Shown here piece by piece: positions 62,574 to 64,000 of a DNA stretch of 64,000 nucleotides. The translations under genes and the position numbers were made by a program. Under the pieces are notes generated by a model. The model saw nothing but the letters and a program-made list of their open reading frames with translations, searched no databases and had not been told where the DNA came from. Each line of letters opens with the position of its first letter. Position 1 is the stretch's first letter. Origin of the DNA: Octopus sinensis (Eukaryota); NCBI RefSeq assembly GCF_006345805.1, contig NC_042999.1:32612001-32676000 (forward strand), given 5' to 3'.

Positions 62574-64000
62574 TTAGGAATTATCAATACTATTGGAAAA
62601 TAGAAATGGAGGTAGGTGGCTTAGTGACCAGATTTTTTCTCATAATCATTACGTCGTGGTTCAAGCAATAATTAGTACCTTAAACGTTCAGTTCGAAACA
62701 ATTGGTTGTATGAAATGAATCGAAAGTGATCAAAAATCAAAGAGAACGACGGCTAAACATATGTAGGTGCACAACGTCAAGTACATCTACATCAAGGAAA
62801 GCATGGGAAATACTAGCACGTACGTGTTAACCGTAACATTGACAATGGTTTTAGAAACGGTAGAACGGGAAAATGATTGAATTAATAGAACACGTAATTA
62901 ACAATTTTAGGAAGTGTTCTTCAACATAAATTAGTATCACCACTGAGACTACTTTACGATTTATAATTTCTAGATCAATACTGAATAAGTGATAGTACGT
63001 GTGACCTCGTGTCTACGCTATCGGGGAATAGCTTCACCAACACATTTGTGAATTTAACCATTACAGTTTGAGTTCGTGAAGTGATCGATTTTAGTTTCGG
63101 AATTCCAAAGTTCAGTACAGTATGATATTGTGAAACACAGGGTTGATAAAATCAGTTGCATTGTGGAAAACATTACATTATTTAGTTACATGATTTAAAA
63201 CTAAACTATAATCTAATTGCTCTAACTCACCTTGGTATCTACTCACCTGTCTTCAATATATTGATGTATAAGCGCCTGAAATATGTCTTGATACATACTC
63301 ACGCATCAACACACTTCCAATTATATACTCATCATTTTAATTATTCTTGCCCCGAACAACACAGGTTCATCTGTATTTTGCACTTATTACAAATCTGAGA
63401 AATGACTATATGATATCACATGAGACACTTATAATATGTAAGAATAAAATATGTAATGTGCTTCTTAGGTCTACATATATATTTGTAAGTTTAAATGCTC
63501 ATACTCAATACTAAAAACTTCTTTGTAAATGATATGCATTTGAGGTCTTGATATCACTTGCACCTATTCATCCTCGCTTTGTCAATTACTGTAAAAGCCT
63601 CCCCCCAATAAAGAAATACATACGCTCTTTATGCTATTATATGCTACTAATGAATTCTTAAACGAATTTCCGAATTCCATCTGAAACCCTTTATACCTCT
63701 CCAAGAGAATAGCATTAAATATTGGAAATTGAAGCAACACGCGAGGAAAGAAAAAAAAAACTTAGACATCAAATTATATCTAGAAAAACTCAGCCTGAAA
63801 TTGCACGTGCTTTTCTAAGATAACTTACTTAGCTTCTCGAGAGTATATGAAGCCAACCAAAAAATCAATATTTCTTTGAGGTCTGAAGGTAGGTGTGTGA
63901 TAACCATCATGATTCTAAATTGCATTTAATTGTGGAAGAACATTTATGTGTTAGAAGAATCACACCATCAGTAGCGCTCACAGTTTCTCTTCATATGCAC

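Overview
AT-rich, microsatellite-dense eukaryotic DNA. The tRNA-derived SINE families and repeat landscape suggest an octopus or related coleoid cephalopod (inference). No complete host gene is visible; there is one candidate exon at 15772-16110 (-). The window is mostly transposable-element debris: Ty3/Gypsy fragments, at least four mariner fossils, four SINE families, non-autonomous Helitron-like elements, four R4/Dong-type RLE LINE copies sitting in (AAT)n tracts, several Penelope-like element (PLE) fragments and a 28S rRNA pseudogene fragment. The standout is 36461-41139, an array of ten ~474-bp units (7 forward, 3 inverted, forming a ~2.9-kb palindrome). Each unit carries a type I hammerhead ribozyme motif (7-bp stem I, CUGAUGA, long stem II, GAAA, palindromic stem III, GUA cleavage site), i.e. 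a retrozyme-like, potentially circRNA-producing element. Three further, sequence-unrelated hammerhead-bearing repeats (19.0-19.4 kb, 32.5-33.5 kb, 41.4/46.0 kb) lie next to PLE fragments. All ribozyme calls were folded by eye and need covariance-model and cleavage confirmation.
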